A stretch of 32,000 bases of DNA, taken from assembly GCF_000018105.1 (NCBI RefSeq), contig NC_009925.1, positions 4,560,001 to 4,592,000 on the forward strand. The letters run 5' to 3'. Origin of the DNA: Acaryochloris marina MBIC11017. GTDB lineage: Bacteria > Cyanobacteriota > Cyanobacteriia > Thermosynechococcales > Thermosynechococcaceae. A program made the position numbers and the translations under genes. Under the pieces are notes generated by a model. It was not told where the DNA came from. It saw only the letters and a program-made list of their open reading frames with translations, and did not search any database. Position 1 is the stretch's first letter. Every line of letters starts with the position of its first letter. Below are positions 1 to 9,081 of this stretch, piece after piece.

Positions 1-1810
1 CAACGTAGCTATAGACGATAACTTCACTTTCACCTACCGCTAGGGCATTGTAGGCACTGGGGTTAACTTCTAGACGATTGCCATTAACCGTCACCCCAGA
101 CGCATCACCACTGGTTACGGTCAAATTAATCGCATTGAGTGTGTCAGTCGTATCTGGATCTGAGGCTCCTGCTAGAAGGTCTACGTTGAAGGTGCCATCA
201 TCTTCAGTGGCTGTGGCTGTAACGGCGGAGGCTACGATAGGTGCATCATTGGCACCTGTAATAGTGACGGTTGCAGTTTGTGGGATATTGCCACCATTGC
301 CATCAGAGACAACGTAGCTATAGACGATAACTTCACTTTCACCTACCGCTAGGGCATTGTAGGCACTGGGGTTAACTTCTAGACGATTGCCATTAACCGT
401 CACCCCAGACGCATCACCACTGGTTACGGTCAAATTAATCGCATTGAGTGTGTCAGTCGTATCTGGATCTGAGGCTCCTGCTAGAAGGTCTACGTTGAAG
501 GTGGCAGCATCTTCCGAGGCTGTGGCTGTGACAGCGGCTGCTACGACAGGTGCATCATTAGCACCTGTAATCGTGATGGTTGCAGTTTGTGGGGTATTGC
601 CACCATTGCCATCCGAGACAACGTAGCTATAGACAATAACTTCGCTTTCGCCTACTGCCAGTGAGTTGTAGGCAGTGGGATTAATCTGAAGGCTGTTGCC
701 ATTGACCGTCACTCCAGATGCATTTCCACTGGTTACGGTGAGGCTACTGACATTGATCGTGTCAGTCGTATCTGGATCTGAGGTTCCTGCTAGAAGGTCT
801 ACGTTGAAGGTGGCAGCATCTTCAGAGGCTGTGGCTGTAACGGCGGAGGCTACGATAGGTGCATCATTGGCACCTGTAATAGTGACGGTTGCAGTTTGTG
901 GGATATTGCCACCATTGCCATCAGAGACAACGTAGCTATAGACGATAACTTCACTTTCACCTACCGCTAGGGCATTGTAGGCACTGGGGTTAACTTCTAG
1001 ACGATTGCCATTAACCGTCACCCCAGACGCATCACCACTGGTTACGGTCAAATTAATCGCATTGAGTGTGTCAGTCGTATCTGGATCTGAGGCTCCTGCT
1101 AGAAGGTCTACGTTGAAGGTGGCAGCATCTTCCGAGGCTGTGGCTGTGACAGCGGCTGCTACGACAGGCGCATCATTAGCACCTGTAATCGTGATGGTTG
1201 CAGTTTGTGGGGTATTGCCATCATTGCCATCCGAGACAACGTAGCTATAGACGATAACTTCGCTTTCGCCTACTGCTAGGGAGTTATAAGCACTGGGGTT
1301 CACCTGCAGACTGTTGCCATTGACCGTCACTCCAGACGCATCACCACTGGTAACAGTGAGGTTACTGACATTGATCGTGTCAGTCGTATCAGGATCTGTA
1401 GCGCCCGCTAAAAGGCTTACGTTGAAGGTGGCAGTATCTTCAGTGGCTGTGGCTGTGACAGCGGCTGCTACGACAGGTGCATCATTGGCACCTGTGATCG
1501 TGACCGTAGCGGTTTGAGGGACAGACCCCCCATTCCCATCAGTGATGTTGTAGCTATAGACGATAACTTCACTTTCGCCTTCTGCCAGTGAGTTGTAGGC
1601 AGTGGGATTAATCTGAAGGCTGTTGCCATTAACCGTCACCCCAGACGCATCACCACTGGTTACGGTCAAATTAATCGCATTGAGTGTGTCAGTCGTATCT
1701 GGATCGGTGGCTCCCTGTAGAAGGTCTACGTTGAAGGTGGCAGCATCTTCAGAGGCTGTGGCTGTGACAGCGGCTGCTACAACAGGTGCATCATTGACAC
1801 CCGAGACAGT
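1..1810. repeat. Tandem array of 309-bp units: about 5.9 copies in the window, continuing past the left edge. The array lies inside the giant CDS, one unit per 103-aa repeat.
   Basis: The string caacgtagctataga recurs at 1, 310, 619, 928 and 1237, with a diverged copy at 1546. The six plus-strand shadow ORFs start at 78, 387, 696, 1005, 1314 and 1623, exactly 309 bp apart. By manual alignment, units 310-618 and 928-1236 differ at only 2 positions. Confidence 0.95.
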
Positions 1811-4800
1811 GACGGTGACGGTTGCTGAGGCACTGGTGGCATTGGACTCACCACTGTTATCAGTGGCAGTGTAGGTAAAGCTAACATCTCGCATTTCGCC
1901 CGCGGCCAAGTTTTGGAAGGCACTGCCGGGGTTAAAGGTGAAGGTACCATTGTTGTTGTTAACGACACTGCCTTCGCTGAGACTACTTGTGATGTTAAAG
2001 GTATGGGTATCAAGGGTGTTGGTATCACTAACACTGAATGCTCCGTTCACCGTTGCCCCATCTTCAGTAGCAGCGATGGCGACATTACTTGCCACAGGGG
2101 TGATGTTGGGGAATTGGAGGACGACATCGTTCCCATCACCACCGGTGTAGCTGAGTTGGAATTGCTGTCCGCCTACCGTGACCATCGCACCTTCAGTCAA
2201 ACCGTTGAAGGTTCCCACCACGCTGTCACTGCCGTCGTTGTCAACCAACACTAATGTCTCGTTGCCATTCGGGGTGAAGCCCATGTCATCAATATTCAGA
2301 GTTGCACCGTTGAGATTCACCCCGCCGATGACCACTAGCTGGCCTTGATTAGTCCCTGGCGTTTCACCCATGATGTCAACGCCGAAGGTCGATCCACCAT
2401 TCAGAGTGAATGATGGGGCCGTGACCGTGTATATTGTCGAGCCCAGCACCAAGTTAGCGGTGTTCACACTAGCAGTGGTAGTCACGTTCAGTGATTCCAC
2501 GTTGGAGAAATTTAGGGTGGTGCCGTTGGCGGAGATGGTGCCATTGCCGAGCGTTACTGCTGAAGTCTGACCGTCAAAGTTGAGCGTGTTGCTGCCGGAA
2601 CCACCGATAAAGTTCTCAAAACCTGCAAAGCTGCCCACTACGCTGGCAATGTTGCCACCGGCGCTATTTAGATTAAAGGTCAGATTGCTGGTGTAGGCAC
2701 TGAGGTCCAACGTATTGTTGCCGGCCCCACCGTCTAAGGTCCCGCTGATGGTCGCGCCGTTGCTAAAGACAAAGTTGTCCGTTGAATTGCCACCAGTGAT
2801 GTTTTCGATGTTGCCAAAGCTGATACCTGCGTAGGTGCCGGCATTGTTGCCATTAATCGCCCAGGTATTAGCCGTGTTCTGGCCAACTATCGTATTGCTA
2901 CCGGCTCCCCCCTGCAAAGTCGTCGCATTATTAAAAGCCAGTGAACTATTGCCGCTAAAAGTGATGCCGCCATTAGTGATGCTACCTGCTTCGGTTCCGG
3001 TCACAGTGAAGGTGGTTGCTGTGTCGGAGCCTTGCAAAGTGTAGCCGTTTGTCGCATCACCAGTGATCGTGGTGGGATCGTTGAGGGTGAATCCACTTCC
3101 TAAAGTCACCGTCCCCGTGCTGTTGCTCGCACCGAAGGTGATGCTGGAAAATCCGTCAGTTAGGCGACTCAGTTCCGCCGCATCGATATTCAAAGTTCCT
3201 GCGCCGCCACCGATACCAATCGACTCGCTAGCCGTGACCTGCTGAATGACTAAGGCACCGCTGGATTGAATCGATCCACCCTGAATATTGATGCCATCGG
3301 TCGTCAAGGTAATCGCCCCACTGGCGGAAGCGCCACCCACAATCCCCCCCTGGACGTCAATACCGTCGCCATTCCCAGCGCCAACACCAGTAATATCGAT
3401 CGCACCACTGCCGGTAGCCACAATCCCGACCGCGTCGTTTCTAAGCCTCACACCGTCAGCGTTGCCTGTGGTTCCCGTGCCGTTGATGGTGACCCTGCCA
3501 TCAACCGTTGAGATTTGACCCGATACACCTGACGTACTATCTATCTCAACCCCAGGGTTGGAACCGCTACTACCGGTACCAATAATCGTAATATTGGCTG
3601 CATTGGCACCGGTCCCAGTGGAGGCAACTTCGCCATTCAAGATTTGCACCCCTGGGCTGTTACCACCGGCACCCCCCTGACCCGTGATGAGGATATCCCC
3701 CTCCACACTGGTTACTCTTCCGGTCGTACCTTCAATGCGGACACCGGAGTTGTCGCTGGAGCCTCCCCCACTGGTACCGTTAATCGTAATTGTGGCCGCG
3801 TTGGCACCAGTGCCTGTCGAGCTAACTTGGGCACTCTGCACCTTAACGCCGAAGTTGAGAAAACTGGTACTGTTGGGGCTACCTTGACCCGTGATTTGGA
3901 TGTCGCCATCTACACTGGTGACCGAGTTTCGAATTTGGACACCGTCATTCAGAAGCGTGCCATCTCCAGCTGTTCCATTGATGGTAATGGTCCCTGCAGA
4001 GGCACCGCTGGCCGTCGATGATATACTGCCGAAGTTTTGGAAACCAGCGTGTTGGCCCGTCCCAGCATCGTCACCACCGAATCCGGTCAATGAGATATTG
4101 CCCGTTCCTGATGTGGTAATGAGACTCCCGCTGTTAGTGAAGAGGCCTGCAAAATTGCCAGCTGCGCCACCGCCGTTGTTGGCTAGCATGGTCAGGTTGC
4201 CGTTGACAACCGAGACCGTGACGTTATTATCGAGAACAATATTGGTACTGGATGTTACGTTGATCGGGTTTGAACCGGTCGCGGTCATGTCGCTGGAGAT
4301 TGTAACGGTGGATGCTTCTACCTGAACCGGCTGTCCATCCAGCATCAGTGTGTAATGATCCACTTCTGCCCGTAGCCCCTGCAGTTCGGATGCGCTGAGT
4401 TCTTGACCGCGCACCAGATGTGAGAAAATATTCCCCTCATCCCCTAAGCTATCTACTGCATTAATCCGAGCATCCACCCCATGGCCAATCTCCTCTAAAA
4501 GCACTGCCACGATTTGATCCAATGTCCCTGTATTCAGAAAAGATTCCGATAGGTAAATGGTATCCGTGGCTGTGGCATAAGCCCCTAAGAGCCCCGCTAA
4601 CTCTCCACTGGTGCGAATCTCAATCTTGGGCAGTTCAAAGTCTCCCGCCGACAATTGTGCCTGCAATTGAGTCGCAGCGGTCAGATCAATGCCATCTCCA
4701 AAGGCAACCGTAAGCTGTTCCAAAAAGTTCGCCTCTGCCGCAAAGCTGGCGAGTAGCTCTTTTGCAGCTACGATTGATGCATTTAAAACATCATTCGTAT

Positions 4801-5410
4801 CCGAATTCCTAGCAAGGCTACTTTCCGGCTCGACAGTAGGTTCAACATTAAGGCTTGCAGGGTAAGTGGCAAGTGTTGAGGTTGTAAATGGGAGAAGAGT
4901 AGATAAACGTTGAGATAACGCCGGGGACAGCCCAGCGGAAAGATCCCAATTTCCCCCTAGGGCAGCATTGCCAGTCATACTTTTATTAGCAGTAACCGTT
5001 GCCCCTATCCGTTGCCTTAGTCGTTGGATAAATTGCTGTCCCAATTCCCCAGCAGCCACCTGACACCCATAAACAAAGACCGTTGCTCTTGCCCCTAACA
5101 GATCACGCCAGTTCTGAAGTTCAACCGCATACTGTCCTAGGTTTTCTAGGGTTAGCCAACCATTCCCCCACTGGATTTGTCCGGGTGCCCCGTGACTCAC
5201 CAAATGCAATTCTGTAACGGGCACATCAGTCCGCAACGCTTGCGTAACTTGAGGGATACTCTCCCGCTTGGAGTCCAGTACGACTACTCTTGTTTCGGAT
5301 ACCACCCCATTGATTAGATGTTGGGGTTTTTCAATGGTCGGGTCAATGATGACAAGGCGCTGAGACGTCAAATCGTTTAAGGACGTGAGAACGGGGGATT
5401 GAGAGGGCAT
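1..5410 (-). CDS. Giant secreted/surface repeat protein, N-terminal >=1803 codons (the C-terminus runs off the left window edge). Architecture: DUF4347-like N-terminal domain, G/T/N/S-rich beta-helix-like repeats, then 103-aa cadherin-like/VCBS-type repeats.
   Basis: I read the minus-strand frame by hand from the ATG at 5410-5408 (an alternative in-frame ATG is at 5455). I saw no in-frame TAA/TAG/TGA for 5410->1802 or 200->1. The repeats in between are in the same frame, since (5410-505) is divisible by 3. The N-terminus reads MPSQSPVLTSLNDLTSQRLVIIDPTIEKPQHLINGV..ELHLVSHGAPGQIQWGNGWLTLENL..VFVYGCQVAAGELGQQFIQRL, which is DUF4347-like. The middle reads ..TITINGTSGGG..GDILITGQGG.. and ends in FQLSYTGGDGNDVVL. 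The C-terminal part consists of GANDAP-delimited repeats containing FNVDLLAGASDPDTTDTL. The ORF is absent from the supplied track because it has no stop codon inside the window. Confidence 0.85.
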   Translation of the reverse strand, partial: MPSQSPVLTSLNDLTSQRLVIIDPTIEKPQHLINGVVSETRVVVLDSKRESIPQVTQALRTDVPVTELHLVSHGAPGQIQWGNGWLTLENLGQYAVELQNWRDLLGARATVFVYGCQVAAGELGQQFIQRLRQRIGATVTANKSMTGNAALGGNWDLSAGLSPALSQRLSTLLPFTTSTLATYPASLNVEPTVEPESSLARNSDTNDVLNASIVAAKELLASFAAEANFLEQLTVAFGDGIDLTAATQLQAQLSAGDFELPKIEIRTSGELAGLLGAYATATDTIYLSESFLNTGTLDQIVAVLLEEIGHGVDARINAVDSLGDEGNIFSHLVRGQELSASELQGLRAEVDHYTLMLDGQPVQVEASTVTISSDMTATGSNPINVTSSTNIVLDNNVTVSVVNGNLTMLANNGGGAAGNFAGLFTNSGSLITTSGTGNISLTGFGGDDAGTGQHAGFQNFGSISSTASGASAGTITINGTAGDGTLLNDGVQIRNSVTSVDGDIQITGQGSPNSTSFLNFGVKVQSAQVSSTGTGANAATITINGTSGGGSSDNSGVRIEGTTGRVTSVEGDILITGQGGAGGNSPGVQILNGEVASTGTGANAANITIIGTGSSGSNPGVEIDSTSGVSGQISTVDGRVTINGTGTTGNADGVRLRNDAVGIVATGSGAIDITGVGAGNGDGIDVQGGIVGGASASGAITLTTDGINIQGGSIQSSGALVIQQVTASESIGIGGGAGTLNIDAAELSRLTDGFSSITFGASNSTGTVTLGSGFTLNDPTTITGDATNGYTLQGSDTATTFTVTGTEAGSITNGGITFSGNSSLAFNNATTLQGGAGSNTIVGQNTANTWAINGNNAGTYAGISFGNIENITGGNSTDNFVFSNGATISGTLDGGAGNNTLDLSAYTSNLTFNLNSAGGNIASVVGSFAGFENFIGGSGSNTLNFDGQTSAVTLGNGTISANGTTLNFSNVESLNVTTTASVNTANLVLGSTIYTVTAPSFTLNGGSTFGVDIMGETPGTNQGQLVVIGGVNLNGATLNIDDMGFTPNGNETLVLVDNDGSDSVVGTFNGLTEGAMVTVGGQQFQLSYTGGDGNDVVLQFPNITPVASNVAIAATEDGATVNGAFSVSDTNTLDTHTFNITSSLSEGSVVNNNNGTFTFNPGSAFQNLAAGEMRDVSFTYTATDNSGESNATSASATVTVTVSGVNDAPVVAAAVTATASEDAATFNVDLLQGATDPDTTDTLNAINLTVTSGDASGVTVNGNSLQINPTAYNSLAEGESEVIVYSYNITDGNGGSVPQTATVTITGANDAPVVAAAVTATATEDTATFNVSLLAGATDPDTTDTINVSNLTVTSGDASGVTVNGNSLQVNPSAYNSLAVGESEVIVYSYVVSDGNDGNTPQTATITITGANDAPVVAAAVTATASEDAATFNVDLLAGASDPDTTDTLNAINLTVTSGDASGVTVNGNRLEVNPSAYNALAVGESEVIVYSYVVSDGNGGNIPQTATVTITGANDAPIVASAVTATASEDAATFNVDLLAGTSDPDTTDTINVSSLTVTSGNASGVTVNGNSLQINPTAYNSLAVGESEVIVYSYVVSDGNGGNTPQTATITITGANDAPVVAAAVTATASEDAATFNVDLLAGASDPDTTDTLNAINLTVTSGDASGVTVNGNRLEVNPSAYNALAVGESEVIVYSYVVSDGNGGNIPQTATVTITGANDAPIVASAVTATATEDDGTFNVDLLAGASDPDTTDTLNAINLTVTSGDASGVTVNGNRLEVNPSAYNALAVGESEVIVYSYV

Positions 5411-5689
5411 ATTGTGGGCGATGTTTTGGATGTGCAGAAGCAAAATTCTACCCATAGCAAAAGGGACTCATGAACTGCCTTAGCCCGTTTTCAAGGGAGC
5501 TTTGGCAAGTCATCAGCCTACGAGTTGTTATGGTTCAAACGCTATTAAGAGCGGATACCGATCCAGTGTTTGAATATTGTTCAGCCCATCGTCATCAATG
5601 ATGAAGAAGAGCTAGGGCTATGGCCGATGCTAGGTGAACAAGAATCCCCAAGCATTAGAGGGAATATACTTAGTATGGACAACTAGATA

Positions 5690-5739
5690 TGTATATCTTT
5701 CACGGAGAGTATAATTTCTAATCAATTGAAAGATATACA
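5690..5739. repeat. Perfect 13-bp inverted repeat (tgtatatctttca / tgaaagatataca) with a 24-nt spacer, immediately upstream of the transposase remnant.
   Basis: Read directly from the sequence: 5690-5702 is the reverse complement of 5727-5739. The left arm overlaps a smaller palindrome, agatat-gt-atatct. Confidence 0.8.
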
Positions 5740-5745
5740 CTTACG

Positions 5746-6429
5746 GTGCTTAACTCATTTTTTGAGCAATCTGAAGTTCATTATTCCAGGATTTATCGAA
5801 CTTTTCGACGCTTTGAAACCCATAGGTTTTTTGAAGATCTTTTTAAGAAGGCAGTCGCTTTACTTCATAAGAAAGAGCATTTAGACATCAGTCTTATCCG
5901 TGAAGCTGGCACAACAACTGTAGTCAAGACAGGCGATGATAATCTAGGATTCAATGGATATAAATACAAGACGAGAGGTAAGGTTGTTGCCTTCTGCGAT
6001 CGCAATTGTAATGTGATCTTCCCCTTTGTGTCTGCCCCTGGCAACAGAAATGAGTCACCGCTGTTTAAGGCCGCACTTTCACAAGTAATGAGCACAGCCC
6101 GAATCCTACGCATAGACCTAGCTCAGACAATCATTAGTTTGGATGGCATGTACGATAGTCATGAGAATCGCAAGGCCATTTGTAATCGATGGATGGTGCT
6201 GAATATCCACAAAAATCTACGAGAGAAAAAGATACCCAAGCGAGGTCGAAAGTGTTTATTCGATTCGTCAATTTTCCAAGAGAGATTCAATGCCATTGAG
6301 CGGGCTTTTGCTTGAGAGAATAAATTCAAGCGCTTGTTGCTTCGATTTGAGTGGATTAGCAAGTTGCATTACGCCTTGAAAATCTTGGCTTACTTGATGA
6401 TCAATCTTCAGAATTTTTGCCAGGGTTAG
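5746..6429 (+). pseudogene. Degenerate IS4/IS5-superfamily DDE transposase (N-terminally truncated, with an internal nonsense codon).
   Basis: The translation ..GFNGYKYKTRGKVVAFCDRNCNVIFPFVSAPGNRNESPLF..SLDGMYDS..FQERFNAIERAFA*ENKFKRLLLRFEWISKLHYALKILAYLMINL resembles DDE_Tnp_1-type transposases as I remember them. The TGA at 6313-6315 sits where these proteins have the conserved Trp of E-R-x-F-A-W, and the frame stays open to the TAG at 6427-6429. The first catalytic Asp region reads IREAGTT rather than I-D-G/S-S/T. There is no N-terminal DNA-binding part, and the start is a GTG. Confidence 0.7.
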
Positions 6430-6744
6430 TCTCAACTTGAATGCCATAAATTCCAGATATCCCTGGTTTAGGGATTTAGCTTGTCCTGCTAAGAAAATAG
6501 AATTATGGAGAGAGTTCTCAGGATTGAGTAGTGAAATCGTCTATCTCTTCTTTATTTAGTTATTTATATTAGGGTTTATAGCCAAAATTTTTGGTCAGCT
6601 AGATAAAAACCTGAAACCAGTTGAGGGGGCAAGATATTCCTTTAGGTTTATTCATTTATCCCATCAAAAACTGGCATCACTCATCAGATGGATGCTTTCT
6701 GGGGTAATGGTTGACATTATTGAAGGTGTACTTTTGGCCCACAG

Positions 6745-9045
6745 TTAAGCAACAAACACCTGTTTAGGGCCAAACAGCTGAGCTTCTAGGTCTGCTCGGA
6801 TAGGAGGAGAAACGTAGCAATCCCCAAACAAACATTCCACTAGGGTTTGTAAAACCCCATAGTATTCTTTGAGTTTTCCGTGGGTATCTAAGCCATTAAA
6901 CCATTGAGGTTGAAATTCCCGATATTTCACCATCACCGCTTGTAGATCTTCTTGCCATTGTAGTCCCTGCTGTTGGTACCAAGCCTGCAAGGTTTCTACA
7001 TTCGCTGATTCTTCTGGCAGCTGAACTTTCAGATCTTGCAAAGATTGCCAGAGGTGTGGATCTGCACAAATACTTTCATCAATCGCTAAGAACGTGGGCA
7101 GGAAGTTAAACGCTGGGTAATCTTGGGTGCCTTTCCGCTGCAAAGCCCTCACCGTTAAGAACAAGGCATAGTCAATGGCTAGATCAGCCGGTAAATTTTG
7201 GGTGAAGTTAGGGGCAATACAATTGGCCAAACTTGGATCGTCGCGGAGGATGAGGCTGATATAAAAGGCCGTAATCGGTAAGTGCTGGTCTGATGTCTCC
7301 AGGGTACTCACTTTCGTATGAATCTCCCCTAAAAAGTCCTGTACTTCAGGATGAGAACTCGACACATCGTTGAACGTGGTCAGGAGCTGCTGAACAAATG
7401 TATTGGCATTGGGCAACAAGCTCGCCGTCAGCAAAATCACTTCTCGCCATCGGGAATCGGTGATCTGAGTAGCGAGCTGACGGAGGGATTCATCGATGGT
7501 TTCAGGGGTGGCGATAATCTTCCGTGCCGTTAAATATTCTTGGAAGGTGAGATGGGAAAAGGAATAGACTTCCTTCGCCCGCTGGACTAAAAGGCCCGAC
7601 TGTAGCTCAATACTCTTGAGAATGGCTGCACTGCGAGACCAGAGGGTCTCAAAATCCTGGGGCTCTGGAGCAATGGACTGGAGATATTCAGCAATTAAGT
7701 TGAGGACTTGTCGTTGCTCAAAGTAATAATTGCCCTCAGCAAACGTTGTGGCGGCAATCTGACAAAGTAATGTAATCGTTTCTGGTTTGGTTAGGGAGAA
7801 TTCATCCGCTTCTCGCTTAATACCCCGAGCTTGATCCCATCGCTCTAGGAGAATTTCTAAACCGGCCTGATAGAGCTTGGCACGCTTGGTGGGGAAGGCC
7901 ATGCGTTGTTGAAAGATGGAACAAATCAACCCTAACAACAACGGTGAAGCCGTTAAATTCTGGAGGGCTTGATTTTCCGGCTGTCGCAGCTGCTCTAGAA
8001 ATTGGGCGGCCTGAGTTAGTCCCCCAGTTTTGGAGTTGCGGGCAGTGGCTACAAAATAGCGGCGGGCAAACACTTCCACCTGACTTTTCTGAAAGTCTGC
8101 CAATTCAATATAGTTAAAGCCCTGAAAATGGTAATGCTGGGCTTCAATCCGGCAGGTAATTAAGATTTGATTTTGGTAGTACTCTTCTGAGAATTGCTGA
8201 ATTTGGGTCAAGATACTTTGGTTAAGGGAAGCCGGGACTTCATCCAAGCCATCCAAAAGTAAGAGCACTCGTCCTCGATCTAATAAGCCCTTGACTTGCT
8301 TAGTATCTAAACCACATCTCTGCCAAAGCTGATGGAGGTAAGTGAGTAAACTGCTATCGGCGGCATCTTGCGTTTGGGTCGCAAAAGTTCGCAAAGACAG
8401 AAACACAGGAATACATTCAGGTTTATAGCGGCCTTCATTACATTCCAAGGCCATGTGGCGCAGAAAAGTGGTTTTTCCAGCCCCGGGTTTACCTAGAATC
8501 ACCACCTTATCCTGGTTCTGCAGGATATCGATGCTAGTCAGGGTAGAGCCGTAAAGGGGAACCTCTTCTTCATTGCTATAGGATTGCCGTTGCTGCAGGT
8601 CAGACACTTCTAGCCATTGTTGATGGCTAAGGTTAGACAGGAAGTTGACCCCCGTATAGACTTGGTTCAGTTGAACGGGCTGGGTGATATCCAGGGAGGA
8701 TTGCAATGCTCCACACTGGGCTTGGATTTGGCCTCGCAGTTGCGATCGCACCTTCTGTACCCAGGTATCAACCGCTAGATCTGTTTGCTCTTCCGAAATC
8801 GTCGTACTGGGAATCGGCAACTGAGGCAAAATCGCGATTTCTTGCCATTCCAGATCGAGCTGAAAGCATAGATCTATAAAGATATGCCGCTCAATGGGGC
8901 GGCCCGTGAAAAACTTCCAGACAGACTGTCGGGTTTCCAAGCCAACTTGCTCAGCCAAATAGGCTTGAGTCCAGCCTGTTCGCTGAAAGGCTTGTTTTGC
9001 AATAACTTGACCCCGTTCTGAGGCATTGAGCGATCGCTTTGCCAT
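6745..9045 (-). CDS. STAND NTPase: N-terminal XRE-like HTH, central NACHT P-loop module, and a C-terminal ~200 aa of unassigned fold.
   Basis: Evidence from the translation:
- HTH-like N-terminus: GWTQAYLAEQVGLETRQSVWKFFTGRPIERHIFIDLCFQLDLEWQEI.
- Walker A: VILGKPGAGKTTFL (about 8468-8509).
- Walker B: VLLLLDGLDEV (about 8236-8268).
- NACHT-typical ..ILITCR.. and a helical region follow.
- I recognised no WD40, TPR or LRR periodicity in the C-terminal part. Confidence 0.85.
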   Translation of the reverse strand: MAKRSLNASERGQVIAKQAFQRTGWTQAYLAEQVGLETRQSVWKFFTGRPIERHIFIDLCFQLDLEWQEIAILPQLPIPSTTISEEQTDLAVDTWVQKVRSQLRGQIQAQCGALQSSLDITQPVQLNQVYTGVNFLSNLSHQQWLEVSDLQQRQSYSNEEEVPLYGSTLTSIDILQNQDKVVILGKPGAGKTTFLRHMALECNEGRYKPECIPVFLSLRTFATQTQDAADSSLLTYLHQLWQRCGLDTKQVKGLLDRGRVLLLLDGLDEVPASLNQSILTQIQQFSEEYYQNQILITCRIEAQHYHFQGFNYIELADFQKSQVEVFARRYFVATARNSKTGGLTQAAQFLEQLRQPENQALQNLTASPLLLGLICSIFQQRMAFPTKRAKLYQAGLEILLERWDQARGIKREADEFSLTKPETITLLCQIAATTFAEGNYYFEQRQVLNLIAEYLQSIAPEPQDFETLWSRSAAILKSIELQSGLLVQRAKEVYSFSHLTFQEYLTARKIIATPETIDESLRQLATQITDSRWREVILLTASLLPNANTFVQQLLTTFNDVSSSHPEVQDFLGEIHTKVSTLETSDQHLPITAFYISLILRDDPSLANCIAPNFTQNLPADLAIDYALFLTVRALQRKGTQDYPAFNFLPTFLAIDESICADPHLWQSLQDLKVQLPEESANVETLQAWYQQQGLQWQEDLQAVMVKYREFQPQWFNGLDTHGKLKEYYGVLQTLVECLFGDCYVSPPIRADLEAQLFGPKQVFVA

Positions 9046-9081
9046 CGATTTCGCTGCCTATTCTTTACCTATTACAACAAT

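Noticed and set aside
1-1810. The regular 309-bp periodicity as a CRISPR array or satellite.
   Set aside because: The period is far too long for CRISPR. There is no alternation of short repeats with unique spacers. Every unit is in phase with the giant ORF and encodes a 103-aa Ig/cadherin-like domain.
4472-4495. A zinc-metalloprotease-like motif, LLEEIGHGVD, in the giant protein.
   Set aside because: It reads E-E-I-G-H, so the first histidine of HExxH is missing. I see no downstream third ligand or Met-turn that I could justify.
78-4713. About 20 listed plus-strand ORFs, plus the minus-strand ORFs 1777..2034 and 3712..3909, as candidate genes. They include six near-identical 79-aa 'MPLTVTPDASPLVTV..' ORFs.
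   Set aside because: All of them lie inside, and antisense or out of frame to, a single uninterrupted minus-strand frame with clear domain content. Their A/V/T/S/P-rich translations are what is expected from the reverse complement of G/T/N/D-rich repeat codons.
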